A stretch of 64,000 nucleotides of DNA, from positions 459,474-523,473 of the forward strand of contig NW_027192202.1 of the NCBI RefSeq assembly GCF_041956535.1, written 5' to 3'. Position numbers and translations under genes: made by a program. This stretch comes from Calcarisporiella thermophila CBS 279.70 (Eukaryota; Fungi; Calcarisporiellomycota). The first letter of the stretch is position 1, and each line of letters begins with the position of its first letter. A model generated the notes under the pieces. It searched no databases. It was not told the origin of the DNA and saw only the letters and a list, made by a program, of their open reading frames with translations. Of this stretch, positions 60,989 through 64,000 are shown piece by piece.

Positions 60989-62013
60989 ATGGCCACGTTC
61001 CAAGACCTCATTGACCAGCTGGTTGCCGCACGTACCCCAACTGAACAAAAAGTGCCCACAAATTATGCGTAAGTTGTTCATTAAATAATCGAGTACTTTG
61101 AGTTAATTTTACGATGTTCATGTAACCAAAGGCCTCTGGAATTAACGGAAGAAGATATTGCAAAAACGCACGCGCTGCTTGACGGAATAATAATAAATCC
61201 ATCTGTGCTCAATGAGGTTATGCGTGAAGATCCTGCACTATTTCCAAAGCATGTGAAGAGAGCACTCAAGCATAGAGCTCATCCAAAAAATGAAGAGTAA
61301 GCGAAATACTATAAAATTAATTCACATTATTCTCAAGAACACCATCTAATGCTCTTTGCCTTGCCACTAAAGTCGAACCCTCCAAGCAGTAAAGAGAGAT
61401 TTGGAGGCTATGAAAACAGAGGTTAGCCAGCTTAAGAGGGAAGCGGAGAAGTTTCCAATGGTAATCAACATACTAACATATATCATTTTAACTTGGGTTG
61501 ACCTAGTTTCCCGTTCACGTAATTCTAGGATAACCGATCAACAAAAGACCCATCTGAAGTCCTATCAAACTTAAGTGACGTACAGGGAAAGCTCACACGG
61601 CATATCCAAGAGTTTTGCTGTATGTATGAAAAGGAGATTGCGCAGTGGGTCAAACATACATCTTCTGAAGCGGATTCAACAGGTACTTTTATTATCTATT
61701 GTATGCTTTCCATGTCTCTCACCACCTTTGTCAACCATTTAGGTCAACAGCTTGGCCATTCTGTAGAGAAAGCTTATAAGAATTTCACAGTGCTGCAATC
61801 AGTAAGTAGAGACTACAAAAAAAAAAGTGGGTGAGATTGGTTTTAACGACTTTCTATCGTCCTCAGTTTCTCCGTGATCTAGAGAATGTTCGCGCATCGC
61901 ATAAAGGCATATTCAATAGCCCGGCCACAAATAATATTGAGGCGAGCCGAGAGACGGTAAGAAGGCTAGAGGAGATGGAGAGTATTTTGATGCGGTCAAA
62001 GGAGCTACTGTAA
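60989..62013 (+). CDS. ~230-aa coiled-coil protein, possible augmin HAUS7/AUG7-like, 6 exons
   Basis: Six exons splice in frame from ATG 60989 to TAA 62013. C-terminal half reads FCCMYEKEIAQWVKH..LGHSVEKAYKNFTVLQSFLRDLENVRASH. The gene model is well supported; the family call is tentative. Confidence 0.6.
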
Positions 62014-62168
62014 TTCTATATCCTCCTGTAAGATATATTTGAAGATATCTCATAAAAATTTCACTGTTGTGCTAGAGAATTGAAGGGAGTTGAAAATAAT
62101 CTTTGAACATTGTTTTAATAAAGTAAAAAGAAGAATATAATAGAACACGATGGATCAGGTAATTTTAT

Positions 62169-62716
62169 TTACTGCTTGCCAGTCTTTTGAGCCTTGAGGA
62201 CCTTCTTGACGATCTTCTGCTCCTCAATCAAGAAAGCACGGACAATACTAAAGTTGAAAAATGAGGGTTATTAAAAAATGCCCAGCGCAAGCGATCTCAC
62301 AAAACAGCAAACATACCGGTTGCGAACGCAGTGGGCGCAGCGGCTTCCTCCGTAAGCACGGTTGACGGTCTTTTCGCGCTTGGAAAGAGTGGCATACTTG
62401 CGGGGGCGGAGGCAGGGGAGCTAGAGGAGAAGATGCATCCATCATTAATCCAAACAAATCGGGATCATCTGGTCCACCCATTCACTTACACCAGCGAGAG
62501 TAAGGCCGCAGTCACCGCAGCGGGGACCGTTGGCAGGCTTCGTCTCGTACAAAAAGCGAAGACGACCACCTTGAAGTAAGAAAGAGGACCGATTCAGTAT
62601 TAAGTCAAAATCAGAAAAGCCAGCATGGATGCTTTACCAGGCGTCTTAATGATCCGGGTACGGTTTGACCGGGTGTTGTAGGAGAGGCGGCGACGATAGG
62701 TAAGACGCTGGGCCAT
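62169..62716 (-). CDS. RPL34: 60S ribosomal protein eL34, 4 exons
   Basis: [65 protein letters not shown]. Confidence 0.97.
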
Positions 62717-63200
62717 TTCTTATGGATTTATCTTCGTCTAATCGATCAAAGGAAGGAGCATTAGCACACTCGCAAAAGGACGTATCACTGGGGATGGATG
62801 GAAGAGCGCAATGCATCCATCACGAGTTCATACATATCAGGCATCCCGCCTCCACCAGCACCTCTTTTTTTGTTCATATCTTACCTCTTGGAAACGATGG
62901 ATTACAAAGAGGAGGAACTTCTTGTGGGAAGTAAGCTGTAACTTTTTTCACTCTCGAATTTCGAATCCAAGCCACAGTGTCTGAAGTGGGATCTTAAGTC
63001 CCAATTCATCAAATGTCTCAAAAAATTCAAAGACATTGATATAACGATTGCTCACTGATTATTTTCAACTATTTTCAATTATTTCCATTTAATTCACTGC
63101 AAAGGAGGGACTCGAGCATGATATTCCTCTCCCCTTCTTATTTCAATCTGGCATAGATATTTTTTAAGGCAACCCATTATATCTTGAAACCACTTTCGCG

Positions 63201-64000
63201 ATGGACTATTTCTCGAAATTCAAGCGAAAGATATCCGTTCCCAAAACCCAACCGACGAGCGCGATGCAGCTCGCAAAATTCCACAAATGCTGGAATTACG
63301 TTCACGTAGCTAATCTCCAGATTTTCCTACCGCCCCTATCGTTCCCTAATTATTTTCAAACTTATATTTAATGAACAGAACATCTTCTTTGTTGAGGACA
63401 AGAAGACCAATCTCCGAATTGAGCAGACAGATATCTCGAACAAGATTCGAACGTTAGTGGATCTGCTGGTTGACGAAGAGGCGCGTCTGGATGAAAGCAC
63501 AACTGAGACAGGCGCTTGCATGGAATACTTCCTTAAGAACGGGGTGCTTTCGGTCCTTGTCAACCTCTCGGAAGCCGACTACCCCATTGGGATGCGCGGG
63601 GAAACGATCCGTACCGTCGCTAGCATGATAAACCTGCTCAATGATCGGTTTCTTGTGCACAATGCCGTGCATAAGCCCACTATTAAACTGCTGCGCACAT
63701 GCATCATGGACGAGCGGCAGAGTGAATTATACCATGAGGATTTGGTTGATTTAATGTATATCATTTGCTCAAAAATCCACGGCTTCCCCGCCCTCCTCAA
63801 TGTGTTCTTCCATGATAAGCAGTGGCTTACCACCCCACATCGACGTGCTCAGGGGAGAGAAGCAGCCCTGCCCACAATAGGCGAAGAGGAGGGAGATGAT
63901 CGGCCCCTAGGGGATTCGCCCGCACGCAATAGGCCTCACAGTCTCGCCACCCCGCCACCCACTTCCCCCAATACCCCCCATCTCTCCATCAAGCGACCAG
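63201..64000 (+). CDS. FHIP/FAM160 (RAI16-like) FTS-Hook-interacting protein, 5' part, truncated by the window end
   Basis: LAKFHKCW, LVDLLVDEE, TGACMEYFLKNGVL, PIGMRGE, LVHNAVHKP, ICSKIHGFPALLNVFF. Confidence 0.85.

Noticed and set aside
62420-62490. Intronic snoRNA in RPL34
   Set aside because: The intron is only ~70 nt and lacks a proper C box (RUGAUGA) and D box (CUGA) pair.

Overview
Gene-dense, intron-rich eukaryotic DNA from a fungus, most likely an early-diverging lineage such as Mucoromycota. This is inferred from short 55-100 nt GT-AG introns with CTAAC-like branch points, a Zn2Cys6 transcription factor and a fungal P3A H+-ATPase. About 28 protein-coding genes can be reconstructed by hand-splicing. 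Most are housekeeping genes: TBC RabGAP, DUF4536/DMAC1-like, kynurenine aminotransferase, SMC4, CCCH zinc finger, CYS3, XAP5, a PPR protein, GCS1-type ArfGAP, a Sel1-repeat protein, Vfa1, a RING-H2 ligase, a 7TM receptor, Tfb6-like, ALKBH6-like, Shg1-like, Gvp36-like BAR, PMA1, PRXL2-like, beta-carbonic anhydrase, LIG4, RPL34 and FHIP/FAM160. No rRNA, tRNA, CRISPR or intact transposon was recognised. The most unusual locus is a two-exon secreted precursor at 8167-10166 that the ORF track splits and reads in the wrong frames. It carries three putative Kex2-released TLGLLAG-headed Cys-containing modules fused to a scaffold of (PEK)n, collagen-like (GQN)15, GGNG repeats and an acidic tail. Other leads are a possible fungal augmin HAUS7/AUG7 homologue, a plant-ATL-like RING ligase and a PPR tract that can be read with the plant PPR code. 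All family assignments come from recalled motifs, not database searches. Exon boundaries are manual predictions.
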